Below, piece after piece: positions 8,678 through 21,201 of a DNA stretch of 64,000 nucleotides (position 1 is the first letter of the stretch; the number at the start of each line of letters is the position of its first letter). This DNA comes from Akkermansia muciniphila (lineage in GTDB: Bacteria > Verrucomicrobiota > Verrucomicrobiia > Limisphaerales > UBA11320), in NCBI GenBank assembly GCA_945861575.1, contig CAMAVD010000001.1, forward strand, positions 3,458 through 67,457, given 5' to 3'. The notes beneath the pieces are model-generated. The model was not told the DNA's origin, searched no databases, and saw nothing but the letters and a program-made list of their open reading frames with translations. Position numbers and translations under genes: made by a program.

Positions 8678-9952
8678 TCAAGGCTTGGAGGGGAGCGTTT
8701 CGGCGAGGGCGTGAGCGAAGAGTTTATCTTTCGATCGAGCGTAAAGGACTCCATCGGAGAGGGCAGGGTGTGCTCGGGCGAGGAAGGGAAGGATCTGTGC
8801 CTTCGCCTTTGCTTTGAAGGCGGACGGATCGGCCGCCGCACGGATCAGCTCACCTTTCTCGCTCAGCAGGATCAGTTCCTTCCCAGCAAGGATCACGCTT
8901 CCAGCGCCGAATCCATCCTGTGTCCATCGAACGGCTCCTGTCGTTACCTCGACGCAGCGCAGATCGCAGCCCTGCTCCTGGCGTCCATCAAAGCCATAAA
9001 TGAACCCCTCGGATGTCACGCTGGTTGAGTAGTGGCTGGACAGCGCATCTTTCCGCTCCCAGAGGGGCTTAGCCCCCGAGTCGCTGCATTCCAACAACAC
9101 GGACCCCACCCCATAACTGGCGGAGAGCAAGACTCGGTCGGAGATCACCAAGGGCGTGGCTGCGCTGACCGACGCGCTCATGGACGGACGCCAAGGATAA
9201 CGGAAGAGTTCATGTCCATCGAGTGGGTTGAGCGACACGAGTGCCTCGCGTGTGAGGATGAGCAGACGCTGTCTGCCTTGGATCGTTGTGGCGATCGGAG
9301 AGGCATGGCTCGCCTCGTCTTCTCCAGACTTCCAGGCCAGTGTGCCTTGATCCAAGTTCAGGGCGATCACGCCGGCTCCTTCCGTGCCTCCGATGGCCAG
9401 GATCACTTTTCCATTCTGGATGAGCGGGGAGGGAGCGAATCCGAAGAAGGCTTTGCGAGCGCCAAACTTTTTTCGGCAGTCGACCTCCCAGATCTGTTTG
9501 CCGGTAGTGATGCTTCTGCACTGAACCAAGGCATCCGCCCCGATGGCAACAATACGATCTTCTTGAACGGCTGGGGTAGCTCGCGGACCTTCATCGAATC
9601 CAAAATCGTCCCGATAGGTGGCGGGGACGCCCTCCTGCCAGACCGTCTTGCCGGTGCGGGCCTCAAAACACTCGAGGAGATCGCGGTCATTCTGTCGATG
9701 GAAGAGGAATACTCGATCTCCAACCGCGATCGGACCGCTAAAGCCCTGACCGACGGCGCGAGCCCACAGCTGGCGTGGACCTTCTGAAGGCCATCGTTCG
9801 GACAGTGCCTTGCCAGCGTAAACCCCGTCGCGAGTTGGTCCGAGAAACTGGGGCCAGTCCGCCTGTGCTTCGATGAGAAGCAACATCACGCTGCACGCGA
9901 CCCGTAGAAAATGGAAGCAGCGGAGCGATCCGCGACAAGAGATAAGGGTCAT
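8678..9952 (-). CDS. PQQ-like beta-propeller repeat protein (BamB-like fold), secreted
   Basis: Signal peptide followed by DWPQFLGPTRDGVY, then repeated G..V/I...DG.L.A.D..TG...W blades. This matches the typical PVC PQQ-like repeat family. Confidence 0.8.
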   Translation of the reverse strand: MTLISCRGSLRCFHFLRVACSVMLLLIEAQADWPQFLGPTRDGVYAGKALSERWPSEGPRQLWARAVGQGFSGPIAVGDRVFLFHRQNDRDLLECFEARTGKTVWQEGVPATYRDDFGFDEGPRATPAVQEDRIVAIGADALVQCRSITTGKQIWEVDCRKKFGARKAFFGFAPSPLIQNGKVILAIGGTEGAGVIALNLDQGTLAWKSGEDEASHASPIATTIQGRQRLLILTREALVSLNPLDGHELFRYPWRPSMSASVSAATPLVISDRVLLSASYGVGSVLLECSDSGAKPLWERKDALSSHYSTSVTSEGFIYGFDGRQEQGCDLRCVEVTTGAVRWTQDGFGAGSVILAGKELILLSEKGELIRAAADPSAFKAKAKAQILPFLARAHPALSDGVLYARSKDKLFAHALAETLPSKP

Positions 9953-10608
9953 GCGGGGTTTAGAAGAGATTCGATCTCCTGGTAGGTTTTCACTACCGCA
10001 CTGGCGCGGTGCAGGGCATCCGAAGGGTAGGTGTTGGTGATGGCAATGACATGCATTCCGGCGGAACGGGCTGCTTCAACCCCGGCAGTGGTGTCCTCGA
10101 TCACGCAACAATCCTGCGGAGCGATCTTCAGTAGATCCGCCGTCCTGAGGAAGATGTCAGGAGCGGGCTTCCCCTGCCGGACATCCTCGGCGCTGACCAC
10201 GGCCTTGAAAAAAGACCGCAGATTTCGCAGTCCTAGCACGGCGGCGATCACCTTGTGGACGGAGCCGGAGGCGACGGCCAGCGGGTAGCGGGTCGAGAGG
10301 AGTTCGATCAGCGGGGGTGCGTGTGGAAAGAGTGGCTCCTTCTTTTGTAACACGCTGATCAGGCGATTCTCCTTGAGGTCTGTCAGCTCCAGCAGGGTTT
10401 GGGAGGGTCGGTGCTTTTCGATGAAGGCGTTCCAGACTGCTCGATCAGATCGACCTAGATAATCCGCGAAACGAATGCCGTGTGTCTGCCCATAGCCAAG
10501 TTCCTGGAAAGTGTCCATGAAGGCCTGCTCGTGTAGGGGCTCGCTGTCCACGATGACGCCGTCCATGTCGAAAATGACAGCCTTGAAGTTGCGGGGGAAA
10601 GAGCTCAC
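9949..10608 (-). CDS. HAD-superfamily hydrolase, beta-phosphoglucomutase-like subfamily IA
   Basis: Motif I VIFDMDGVIVDSEP, motif II VASGS, and motifs III/IV GKPAPDIF...CCVIEDTTAGVEAARSAGM. There are 4-nt overlaps with both neighbouring genes. Confidence 0.9.
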   Translation of the reverse strand: MSSFPRNFKAVIFDMDGVIVDSEPLHEQAFMDTFQELGYGQTHGIRFADYLGRSDRAVWNAFIEKHRPSQTLLELTDLKENRLISVLQKKEPLFPHAPPLIELLSTRYPLAVASGSVHKVIAAVLGLRNLRSFFKAVVSAEDVRQGKPAPDIFLRTADLLKIAPQDCCVIEDTTAGVEAARSAGMHVIAITNTYPSDALHRASAVVKTYQEIESLLNPA

Positions 10609-11027
10609 TTGAGTCGAGTGTTGGAGAGGGTTAGGACGCGTTGGAATTGTTCTGGCTCAACTGGGGTTACCGAGAGGCGTGTTTGGCGAACGAGAGGCAT
10701 GGACTTTAAGAGGGCATCGTTCTTGATGGTCTGCAGGGAGATAGGCGCAGTCAACGAAACGGCTGGAACGAGATCGACCACTGACCAGTCCCCTTCTTTG
10801 GCCGTGGGATCCGGATAGTGCGCGCGATCGACGCGGGCCACGCCAACGATCTGTTTCTCAGAAACGCTGTGGTAGTAGAGCACGAGGTCCCCCGCCTTCA
10901 TCGCGCGGAGATTGTTCCGCGCCTGAAAGTTTCTTACACCGGTCCACGCTGTCTTGCCGTCCTTCATGAATGCAGCCCAGGAATAGGACTCGGGTTCCTG
11001 CTTCACTAGCCAATACTGTTTTGCCAT
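10605..11027 (-). CDS. EVE (PUA-like) domain protein
   Basis: Start moved to ATG 11027 (MAKQYWLVKQEPESYSW), which is the canonical EVE N-terminus and removes the overlap with metH. Supporting motifs are GVRNFQARNNLRAMKAGDLVLYYHS. Confidence 0.85.
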   Translation of the reverse strand: MAKQYWLVKQEPESYSWAAFMKDGKTAWTGVRNFQARNNLRAMKAGDLVLYYHSVSEKQIVGVARVDRAHYPDPTAKEGDWSVVDLVPAVSLTAPISLQTIKNDALLKSMPLVRQTRLSVTPVEPEQFQRVLTLSNTRLK

Positions 11028-11089
11028 GGCTGAATGTGTAGCAGCCCTCGCGAAAAGCGCGCAGAAAAAAACCGCGTTTTGTCGCTGAA

Positions 11090-14000
11090 CTAAGCGTCGG
11101 GCGTCGGCTCGTAGTTGAGATAGGGTCCTAGCCAACGTTCGGCTGTGGCCATGTCCATCCCTTTGCGCTGGGCGTAGTCCTGGATCTGATCCCGGCCCAG
11201 CTTACCCACCGCGAAGTACTTGGATGCCGGATGCCCAAAGTAGAGCCCGCTCACGCTGCTGCCTGGCATCATGGCAAAGCTTTCTGTGAGCTGGATGCCT
11301 GTCAGGGACTCGGCGTTGAGCAACTCCCAGAGTTGCTTCTTCTCCGTATGGTCAGGGCAGGACGGATATCCGGCGGCAGGGCGAATGCCACGATACTCCT
11401 CATTGATCAGCTGCTCGACCGATAGGCCCTCTTCAGCGCCGAAGCCCCACTCCTGGCGTACTCTGCGATGAACGAACTCAGCCATGGCCTCTGCTAGACG
11501 GTCCGCCAGCGCTTCCACCATGATGATTTGATAGTCGTCATGGTCGGCCCGGAATCGGGCGGCCAGCTCTTTCACTCCAATGCCAGAGGTGACTGCGAAG
11601 GCTCCCAAATAGTCGGGGAGGGAAGGGGTCTCAGCCGAGGTTGAGGCGGGGGCTATGAAATCCGCGAGGCAGAACTGGGCCTGGCCATCCGGTTTCTGGA
11701 TCTGCTGCCGTAGAAAGTGGAACCGCGTGAGGACTGCGCTGCGAGACTCATCGGTGTAGATCAGGACGTCATCGCCGGAGCGGTTCGCCGGGAATAATCC
11801 GTAGACCGCCTTGAGCGTGAGGGACCGATCGGCGACGATCTGGTCGAGCAGCACCAGCGCCTCTGCATGAAGCTTGCGAGCCTGCTCGCCATAGACTTCA
11901 TGCTTCAGGATGGCGGGGTATCGGCCTCGCAGCTCCCAGGTGTGGAAGAAAGGCGACCAGTCGATCAACGGAATCACTTCCTCCAGGCGGATCCCGTGCG
12001 TCGGAACGTTCGCTCCGTCGTTGAGCGAAGCGCTGGTGAGCCGCTGGATTCCTTTGACACGTGGTGTGGTCAGCTTTTCAAAATCAATCCGGGGAGCTCG
12101 AGCGCGTGCAGCGGACAGAGGGACCAGGGTCTGGCTCGGACCCGCGTGCTGCGTCCGGATGCGATCGTATTCGGACTTCAGTTGCGAGGTGAATTCTGGC
12201 TTAAGCTCATTGCTTAAGAGGCTGCTGACGACAGGGACGGCACGGCTGGCGTCCAAGACATGCACCACGGGATGGCGATAGGATTGGGCGATCTTGACGG
12301 CCGTATGCGCCTTGCTCGTGGTAGCGCCACCGATCAGGAGAGGGAGGGTGAATCCAAGACGATCCATCTCACGGGCCACATGGACCATCTCATCCAGCGA
12401 GGGAGTGATCAGGCCGCTGAGACCTACGATGTCCACGTTCTGAGCACGTGCGGCCTCGAGGATCTTGTCGCATGGCACCATCACCCCGAGGTCGATGACT
12501 TCGTAGTTATTGCATCCAAGGACCACTCCCACGATGTTCTTTCCGATGTCGTGCACATCCCCTTTGACCGTGGCGAGCAGGATCTTTCCCTGAGTCCGTA
12601 CGGTTTCTCCCCGCGCTAGGGCAGCGGCTTTCTCGGCTTCCATGAAGGGGGTCAAGTAGGCCACGGCCTTCTTCATGACCCGTGCCGACTTGACGACCTG
12701 AGGTAGAAACATCTTCCCGGCACCGAACAGGTCGCCGACGACATTCATCCCCGCCATCAGGGGGCCCTCGATCACCGCCAGAGGGCGACCATACTTTTGA
12801 CGCGCCTCCTCGGCGTCCAGGTCGATGAACTCGACGATCCCCTTGACCAGAGCGTGGCTCAGGCGGTCCTCAACCGAGCCGTGACGCCACTCGGCATCCA
12901 CTTTCGCGGAGGGATCCTTGGGGCCCTTCGCCTTTAAGCCTTCCCCATAAGCGACGAGGCGCTCCGTGGCGTCCACCCTTCGGTTCAGGAGCACGTCCTC
13001 GACGCGTTCTAGCAGATCCTTTGGAATCTCTTCATAGACCTCGAGCATGCCCGCGTTCACGATGCCCATGTCCAGGCCCGCCTGGATGGCGTGGTAGAGG
13101 AACGCGCTGTGCATGGCTTCGCGCACCGAGTTATTGCCACGAAAGCTGAAGGAAATATTCGATACGCCACCGCTCACCTTGGCGTGGGGCAGGTTTTCCT
13201 TGATCCAACGGATCGTGCGGATGAAGTCGACTGCGTAATTGTTGTGCTCATCGATCCCCGTTCCCACGGTGAGAATATTCGGGTCGAAAATGATGTCCTG
13301 CGGAGGGAATCCGACCGTTTGGGTGAGTAGATCGTAGCTGCGTTTGCAGATCTGAATTTTGCGGTCGAAGGAATCGGCCTGTCCCTTCTCGTCGAAGGCC
13401 ATGACAACCACGGCAGAACCGTAGCGGCGAACGAGTCGCGCCTGCTCAAGGAATTTCTCCTCGCCCTCCTTCAGGGAGATCGAGTTGACCACCCCTTTGC
13501 CCTGGATGCATTTGAGGCCTGCCTCAATCACCGACCACTTGGATGAATCGATCATGATCGGAACCTTGGAGATCTCCGGTTCCGTCATGATGTAGTTCAG
13601 GAAGCGGGTCATGGCAGCTGCGCCATCCAGCATTCCCTCATCCATGTTGATATCGATGATTTGAGCCCCGTTCTCAACCTGCTGGCGTGCGACGGTTACG
13701 GCCTCCTCATATTGCCCGCCAAGGATCAGTTTTGCGAATTTCGGTGACCCGGTGACATTGGTGCGCTCGCCCACGTTCACGAAATTCGTCAGGGGTGTGA
13801 GGGTGAGAGCGTCGCCTCCGCTCAGGCGGAGATAACGCGGGTGGGTGGGCACGGTGCGCGGAGCTATGCCGCGCACTGCGGAGACCATGTGGCGTATGTG
13901 GTCCGGTGTGGTTCCACAGCATCCACCTACGATGTTCAGCATGCCCTCCCGAGCCCACTCGGCCAACTGAGGCGCGAGGGACTCCGGAGTCTCAGGGAAA

Positions 14001-14917
14001 CCGGTAGGGAGCAGCGGATTGGGCAGACCTGCGTTTGGATAGGCGCTGAAATAGATAGGGGCCAACCGGGATAGATCCTCCACGAGGGGCCGCAGTTCCT
14101 GCGGTCCCAGGGCACAGTTCATCCCTACGCTCAAAAGGGGTACATGAGCGATGGAGTTCCAAAACGCTTCCACCGTCTGCCCGGTAACGCCCCGATTGCC
14201 TCCTTTTTGAATGAAGGTCACGGACGCCATGAGAGGTATCGTACCGTGGTGGGTCGGGACCTCACTTCCGTAGGGCAGGGGAACGAGGTCTCGTTCCTGA
14301 AGCACCTGCTCGATAGCGAAAAAGGCGGCCTTCGCGTTGAGGGTGTCGAAGATGGTCTCCACCAGTAGAATATCTACCCCGCCGTCCAAAAGCGCTTTCA
14401 CCTGTTCCGCGTAAGCGGACACCAGGGCATCGAAGGTAGTGCCACGCGTGCTGGCATCGTTGACATCGGTGGAGATCGAGGCGGTTTTGGTTGTAGGTCC
14501 CAGCGCCCCAGCCACGTAACACACCCGGCCCGGCTGCGACGCCATGACCGAATCGGCTGCCCGTCGAGCGCATTCCGCCCCGGCCCGCCCAAGTTCATAG
14601 GCGAGGGACTCCATCCCGTAGTCCGCCAAGGAGATCACCTGCGCGTTGAACGTGTTGGTTTCAACGATGTCGGCTCCCGCTTCGAAATAACGACGGTGAA
14701 TCTCCTCGATGATCTGCGGTTGGGTGAGGTTCAGGAGTTCGTTGTTCCCTTTCAGATCCTTTCCGCTCCACCCCTTGAATCGTTCACCTCTGAACTGGGA
14801 CTCATCGAGGCGATACTGCTGAATCACTGTGCCCATCGCTCCATCAAGGAAGACGATGCGCTCCCTGAGGAGACGACTCAATTCACCCACGCGCCTGTTC
14901 CGTTCCGCTTTGTCCAT
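11090..14917 (-). CDS. metH: cobalamin-dependent methionine synthase
   Basis: 1275 aa containing all modules. These are the Hcy-binding domain (GGCCGTTP), the pterin-binding domain, the B12-binding domain with [11 protein letters not shown] (DxHxxG), and the C-terminal AdoMet reactivation domain. Confidence 0.97.
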   Translation of the reverse strand: MDKAERNRRVGELSRLLRERIVFLDGAMGTVIQQYRLDESQFRGERFKGWSGKDLKGNNELLNLTQPQIIEEIHRRYFEAGADIVETNTFNAQVISLADYGMESLAYELGRAGAECARRAADSVMASQPGRVCYVAGALGPTTKTASISTDVNDASTRGTTFDALVSAYAEQVKALLDGGVDILLVETIFDTLNAKAAFFAIEQVLQERDLVPLPYGSEVPTHHGTIPLMASVTFIQKGGNRGVTGQTVEAFWNSIAHVPLLSVGMNCALGPQELRPLVEDLSRLAPIYFSAYPNAGLPNPLLPTGFPETPESLAPQLAEWAREGMLNIVGGCCGTTPDHIRHMVSAVRGIAPRTVPTHPRYLRLSGGDALTLTPLTNFVNVGERTNVTGSPKFAKLILGGQYEEAVTVARQQVENGAQIIDINMDEGMLDGAAAMTRFLNYIMTEPEISKVPIMIDSSKWSVIEAGLKCIQGKGVVNSISLKEGEEKFLEQARLVRRYGSAVVVMAFDEKGQADSFDRKIQICKRSYDLLTQTVGFPPQDIIFDPNILTVGTGIDEHNNYAVDFIRTIRWIKENLPHAKVSGGVSNISFSFRGNNSVREAMHSAFLYHAIQAGLDMGIVNAGMLEVYEEIPKDLLERVEDVLLNRRVDATERLVAYGEGLKAKGPKDPSAKVDAEWRHGSVEDRLSHALVKGIVEFIDLDAEEARQKYGRPLAVIEGPLMAGMNVVGDLFGAGKMFLPQVVKSARVMKKAVAYLTPFMEAEKAAALARGETVRTQGKILLATVKGDVHDIGKNIVGVVLGCNNYEVIDLGVMVPCDKILEAARAQNVDIVGLSGLITPSLDEMVHVAREMDRLGFTLPLLIGGATTSKAHTAVKIAQSYRHPVVHVLDASRAVPVVSSLLSNELKPEFTSQLKSEYDRIRTQHAGPSQTLVPLSAARARAPRIDFEKLTTPRVKGIQRLTSASLNDGANVPTHGIRLEEVIPLIDWSPFFHTWELRGRYPAILKHEVYGEQARKLHAEALVLLDQIVADRSLTLKAVYGLFPANRSGDDVLIYTDESRSAVLTRFHFLRQQIQKPDGQAQFCLADFIAPASTSAETPSLPDYLGAFAVTSGIGVKELAARFRADHDDYQIIMVEALADRLAEAMAEFVHRRVRQEWGFGAEEGLSVEQLINEEYRGIRPAAGYPSCPDHTEKKQLWELLNAESLTGIQLTESFAMMPGSSVSGLYFGHPASKYFAVGKLGRDQIQDYAQRKGMDMATAERWLGPYLNYEPTPDA

Positions 14918-15140
14918 AATGTGTTCTGTTTCAAGCCGCTCCGCCGCCTACTCACTTGATCGTCCCGCTCAACCGGAAGTGAAGTTGCCTCAATGGCTCC
15001 GCTCGCCGCGTCTGAATAGGGCAAACCTGCCATTGGAAATTCAAAAGGTCAAATCATCATATCTGGATTTGAGGATTAAACTATGCTACTTAGTCCTCTG
15101 ATCGGTGAGGGTGATTCCTTTGGCTAGAAGTAGGCAAAGA

Positions 15141-15170
15141 AAAACCCCGGCGGTTTCGCCGGGGTTTTTG
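15141..15170 (-). terminator. intrinsic terminator downstream of the FKBP gene
   Basis: Perfect 8-bp GC stem CCCCGGCG (15145-15152) / CGCCGGGG (15157-15164) with a 4-nt loop. It is flanked by an A-run on one side and a T-run on the other, so on the minus strand the stem is followed by TTTTT. It lies 26 nt after the stop at 15196. Confidence 0.75.
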
Positions 15171-15195
15171 GAAAACAAGGGGTCAGAGTAGGAAC

Positions 15196-16032
15196 TCACT
15201 TCGGCTTCTTGGCGGCCTCGTCCTTCTGCTTCTTGATCTCGGCGTCCACGTCCTTGATGACTTCGATCTTGGCACCCTTCTTCAGCTCTTCGGCCGAAGG
15301 GACCTTGATGATGTCACTGGTGACGGGCTTGGCGGCCTCAGCCTTCTTGATCGAGAGCAGCTCGATTTCGAAAATCAGGGTCGCATTCGGCCCGATCTTG
15401 GGAGGGCTGCCGCGCTCACGATAGGCGAGCTTGCTGGGGATGTAGAGCTGCCACTTAGAGCCGGTGGTCATGAGCTGTAGAGCTTCGGTCCAGCCGGAGA
15501 TCACACCGTTGACCGGGAAGGTGGCCGGTGTGCCACGGTCGTAGGAGCTGTCGAACGGGGTGCCGTCGATCAGCGTGCCACGGTAGTGGGTTTCAACCGT
15601 GTCCGTGGGGCCGGGTTTGTCGCCCTTGCCTTCGGTGATGACCTTGTACTGAAGGCCGCTGGCCGTGGTCTTGATGCCACCCTTTTTGGCGTTGGCCTCG
15701 AGGAATTTGGCGCCCTCACCTTCGTTCTTCTCGCCCTGCTCCTTGTCCTTGGTGGCCTTCTTGGCCATCATTTCGGTGCGGAAGTTGTTCATGATCTCGC
15801 GGGCCGCTTGCTCGGTCATGGCAGGCTTTCCGGCGAGCATGTCGCTCAGACCCTTGCTGAATTCCTCGATATCGAGATCGATGGCGTTTTGTTTGAAAAA
15901 GTTTCCGTACTGCATACCGAAGCTATAGCTGACTTTCTTTTTGTCAGCCTTCGGAGCGGCAGGTTCGACGTCGGCAGCCCATAGGCTCGTAGCCATCGCC
16001 GTTGCACACAGCGTGAGGATTAGTGATTTCAT
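15196..16032 (-). CDS. FKBP-type peptidyl-prolyl cis-trans isomerase (FkpA/Mip-like, secreted)
   Basis: Signal peptide MKSLILTLCATAMATSLWA (start set at ATG 16032; the ORF is open to 16068). There is an N-terminal dimerisation helix region. The C-terminal FKBP domain is GLQYKVITEGKG..THYRGTLIDGTPFDSSYDRG.PATFPVNGVISGWTEALQLM..GSKWQLYIPS.LAY. Confidence 0.9.
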   Translation of the reverse strand: MKSLILTLCATAMATSLWAADVEPAAPKADKKKVSYSFGMQYGNFFKQNAIDLDIEEFSKGLSDMLAGKPAMTEQAAREIMNNFRTEMMAKKATKDKEQGEKNEGEGAKFLEANAKKGGIKTTASGLQYKVITEGKGDKPGPTDTVETHYRGTLIDGTPFDSSYDRGTPATFPVNGVISGWTEALQLMTTGSKWQLYIPSKLAYRERGSPPKIGPNATLIFEIELLSIKKAEAAKPVTSDIIKVPSAEELKKGAKIEVIKDVDAEIKKQKDEAAKKPK

Positions 16033-16206
16033 TCGCTTTTCTGTTATACTGATATCATTTGTCGGCACCCCTATGAATTCCTTAAGTGTAAGGGGACACC
16101 CACAGCGATCGGCGACACTAGCGAGATCCTGTTCGCCGTCAAGGTCTCGATCACCTGCCGAAAAAGCTGTCCTAGGCGCGCTGCTTTGCTACGTTCCGCC
16201 CCGCTT

Positions 16207-17310
16207 ATGTTGAAAGCCGGAATCGTCGGTCTGCCCAATGTGGGGAAATCCACCCTATTCAATGCTGTTACACGCACCCGCAAGGCGGAAGCGGCGAATT
16301 ACCCCTTTTGCACGATCGATCCGAACATCGGCATCGTGACGGTGCCCGACCCACGTCTCCCGATCCTGGCTGGAATTGCCAAGACTGGAGTGCAAATTCC
16401 TGCCGCCATTGAGTTTGTGGATATCGCAGGTTTGGTGAAAGGTGCGGCGCAAGGGGAGGGGTTGGGCAATAAGTTTCTCAGCCATATTCGGGAAGTGGAC
16501 GCCATTGTTCAGGTGGTTCGCTGCTTTGAAGACGGCGATATCCACCATGTGGCGGGGACCGTGGATCCCGTGCGCGATATCGAGACGATCAATACGGAAC
16601 TCATTTTGGCCGACTTGGATGGCGTCAAGAAGCGGATCGAGAAGGGGGCGAAGGATGCTAAGAGGGGTGATAAAGTGGCGATCGCGGATGAGGCAGTGCT
16701 TAAAAAGCTGGAGCCGCACCTCGACGCCGGCAAGCCAGCGATCACCTTGGAGCTTACTGCGGAGGAGAAGATTCTCGCCAAAGGGTTTTACCTGATGACC
16801 AGTAAGCCGACCATCTTTGCCGCTAACGTGAAGGAGTCCGATTTGGCGACAGCGGATAGCAACGCCCATGTGGCCAAGGTGCGTGAGTACGCCCGGACCC
16901 ATGCCAACTGCGAGACGGTGGTGATCAGCGCTCAAATCGAAAGCGACCTGATTGATCTTACGGCCGAGGAGGCCCAGGCTTTCCTCAAGGAGCTGGGTGT
17001 GGATGAGTCGGGCGTCGGAGCTTTGATTCGGTCCACCTATCACCTCCTTGGATTGCGTACGTATTTCACCGCGGGCGAGAAAGAGGCCCGGGCTTGGACG
17101 ATTCACGCGGGCGATACCGCTCCCAAAGCGGCAGGCGTTATCCACAGCGATTTCGAGAGAGGCTTCATTAAGGCGGAGACGGTCGGGTATGAAGATCTGG
17201 TCAAGTGCGGCTCCGTGGCGGCGGCCCGGGAGAAGGGGCTGTATCGCATGGAAGGTAAGGAATACATCGTCAAAGACGGCGACGTGCTTTTATTCAAGTT
17301 CAACGTCTAA
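16207..17310 (+). CDS. ychF: redox-regulated ribosome-binding ATPase YchF
   Basis: Start at ATG 16207 ([21 protein letters not shown]1 motif). Also [11 protein letters not shown], a coiled-coil insert, and the C-terminal TGS-like [15 protein letters not shown]. Confidence 0.95.
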   Translation: MLKAGIVGLPNVGKSTLFNAVTRTRKAEAANYPFCTIDPNIGIVTVPDPRLPILAGIAKTGVQIPAAIEFVDIAGLVKGAAQGEGLGNKFLSHIREVDAIVQVVRCFEDGDIHHVAGTVDPVRDIETINTELILADLDGVKKRIEKGAKDAKRGDKVAIADEAVLKKLEPHLDAGKPAITLELTAEEKILAKGFYLMTSKPTIFAANVKESDLATADSNAHVAKVREYARTHANCETVVISAQIESDLIDLTAEEAQAFLKELGVDESGVGALIRSTYHLLGLRTYFTAGEKEARAWTIHAGDTAPKAAGVIHSDFERGFIKAETVGYEDLVKCGSVAAAREKGLYRMEGKEYIVKDGDVLLFKFNV

Positions 17311-17401
17311 CGCCGTCGGCCTCATCCCCATCGTCCTGCGGAATCCTCGCTGAGTCTACTCTTCAATTATAAGTTGACCACTAGGGCAGTCGTGCCAATA
17401 A

Positions 17402-19630
<2,229 letters not shown>

Positions 19631-19680
19631 TTCTATCCGTTAAGGGGGTGCAAAACCGCCCTCACCATTCGGGTCAAGCA

Positions 19681-19710
19681 GGGCGGGGGTCGTTAACGCG
19701 ACTCCCGCCC
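19681..19710 (+). terminator. GC-rich hairpin downstream of katG (possible terminator, no U-tract)
   Basis: GGGCGGGGGTCG (19681-19692) pairs with CGACTCCCGCCC (19699-19710), giving 12 bp including one G-U pair, with a 6-nt loop. It starts 51 nt after the katG stop. No T-run follows, so its function as a terminator is uncertain. Confidence 0.35.
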
Positions 19711-19796
19711 GGTGACAATCAGACACGCTCGGTCCCTTTTAACGGTTCGCTTCTCACACGCTTGCGTTCCTGCAGGCAGGAGGTGACCTGGCCGTT

Positions 19797-20039
19797 TCAG
19801 GTCGCGAGGGTCGCGCGGCTGATGATCAAGGCGACGCACCCATCGGGAGAAATCAGTTCCCGATGATGTGTGCCTGGCTCCGCATGGAGAAAGTCTCCGG
19901 GCCCCAGCATGCGTCCCTCGGTCTGGAGGTGGCCGGAGACGATAAACAGCTCCTCCGAGCTGGAATGATCATGCTCAGGAAAGCGTGCGCCCGCAGCCAA
20001 TTCGGCGAGCACCACCTGATAGCCCATGTCCGAGCTCAC
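19797..20039 (-). CDS. small cupin-domain protein (ChrR-like cupin)
   Basis: 80 aa with a GTG start. ARFPEHDHSSSEELFIVSGHL....LGPGDFLHAEPGTHH matches the two cupin motifs. It is short for the family, so it may be truncated at the N-terminus. Confidence 0.6.
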   Translation of the reverse strand: MSSDMGYQVVLAELAAGARFPEHDHSSSEELFIVSGHLQTEGRMLGPGDFLHAEPGTHHRELISPDGCVALIISRATLAT

Positions 20040-20095
20040 CGACAGGACTTTGGTGCGAAAACCAGGAATCGGCGTCGCCTGCCATCCCGACTGGC

Positions 20096-21076
20096 TTAGC
20101 GCCTGGAGCTGTTGATCTCTATCAGGTTTCCCTCTGGATCCGTGAAATGGATGGTTCTAACGCCCCAGTGGGGGCGGTCCATGGGGCCTTCAAGAAACTC
20201 CACGCCGCGCTCGCCGAGTCGGATGTAGCAGGCGTCAACGTCTTCCACGGAAAGGATCACCACGGGACGCTGGAGGGGGAGGGCCTGTTCATGGGGCGCT
20301 GTGGAGTGAAGAGCCTCCGCCATAAAGTCTCGGTGGAAGAGTGCCAGAGTGCTGGGCCCGGTGTCGAACTCGGCGTAAACGCCTTCCTCGTTGAACCGAA
20401 GTCCAAGGCCGAGCTTGTCCCGGTAGAACGTCAGCATGGTGGCGTAATCGGTGACGAGTAGACGCACATGGGAGAGTCGGTAGACCTCTGGGCCGACGGG
20501 GTGTGCGGCAGCTGCTTCGTCGCCCGGGTCCGGTTGCAAGAGTTCCAGCTTTTTGTGCAGGCAGAACTCGACGAACGCATATTGCGGAACGGATTGGGTG
20601 ATGGACTGCGGCAGACTGTCGTAGAGCGACTCGAAGGCCCGCTCCATCATGTCATGATTCTCCAGGGCGGCAGGAGCAGAGAGAAAAGGCTTTTGACTGA
20701 GGAGGGCCTGAGCCCTCTCCCGTAGTCGAGGTTGAAAGTCACGAAGCAGACGCTCGATGGCATCGGGGGCCATCTCTGTTCCCGTTGAAGCGAAGTGGCG
20801 GGCGCTCTGCGCCAATTTGGCGGTGCCGCGCGCGAGCAGGTTGGCGGCGTCCGCGACCGCTCCTTTGGCTTGCCGCTTCCACGCCCCGGGGTCATCCCCC
20901 AGGTTTCGGAGTTCCGGTAATTCGTTCAGCGGGCGCCAATCGGACATTCCCGATTCCCAGAAATCGTCGTCGGGGCGAAGGAGGCCTGAGGACACCAGCT
21001 CGGGGATCTGGACCAGGGCAAACTTGCCGAAGCGATCGCCGTTCCTGGCCACGTGAATCATGCGGGGAAGAACCAT
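20096..21076 (-). CDS. GYF_2 (DUF4339)-like N-terminal domain fused to a glyoxalase/VOC-family C-terminal domain
   Basis: Start set at ATG 21076 (MVLPRMIHVARNGD). The upstream 113 codons of the track ORF are Arg/Pro/Ser-rich and overlap the divergent gene. GYF_2-like region: IHVARNGDRFGKFALVQIPELVSSGLLRPDDDFWESGMSDWRPLNELPEL. VOC domain: LSHVRLLVTDYATMLTFYRDKLGL...VRTIHFTDPEGNLIEI. Confidence 0.7.
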   Translation of the reverse strand: MVLPRMIHVARNGDRFGKFALVQIPELVSSGLLRPDDDFWESGMSDWRPLNELPELRNLGDDPGAWKRQAKGAVADAANLLARGTAKLAQSARHFASTGTEMAPDAIERLLRDFQPRLRERAQALLSQKPFLSAPAALENHDMMERAFESLYDSLPQSITQSVPQYAFVEFCLHKKLELLQPDPGDEAAAAHPVGPEVYRLSHVRLLVTDYATMLTFYRDKLGLGLRFNEEGVYAEFDTGPSTLALFHRDFMAEALHSTAPHEQALPLQRPVVILSVEDVDACYIRLGERGVEFLEGPMDRPHWGVRTIHFTDPEGNLIEINSSRR

Positions 21077-21201
21077 GGTTTTGTCAAAGAGTGCCCGTTT
21101 TATGCAACGTGGGTGATCCTTCCAGACCCCACCTCCGATTCCCAAGCCAAATTCCTCAGTTTCTTCTTTTTTTGAGCGCCTCCATCCGACTACTTTACGA
21201 C

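Noticed and set aside
14918-15140. Possible SAM, SAH or cobalamin riboswitch in the ~220-nt metH leader
   Set aside because: I reverse-complemented the leader and compared it by eye with the conserved cores I remember (SAM-I, the AGGCUC / GCGCUGC elements of the SAH class, and the B12 box). No convincing match was found. It still deserves an Rfam scan.
20785-21201. N-terminal 139 codons of the track ORF 20785-22047, and reciprocally codons 1-113 (21077-21415) of the minus ORF 20096-21415
   Set aside because: The two long ORFs overlap each other head to head. In both cases the extension is Arg/Pro/Ser-rich and lacks similarity to the family, while conserved domains begin right after internal starts (GTG 21202; ATG 21076).
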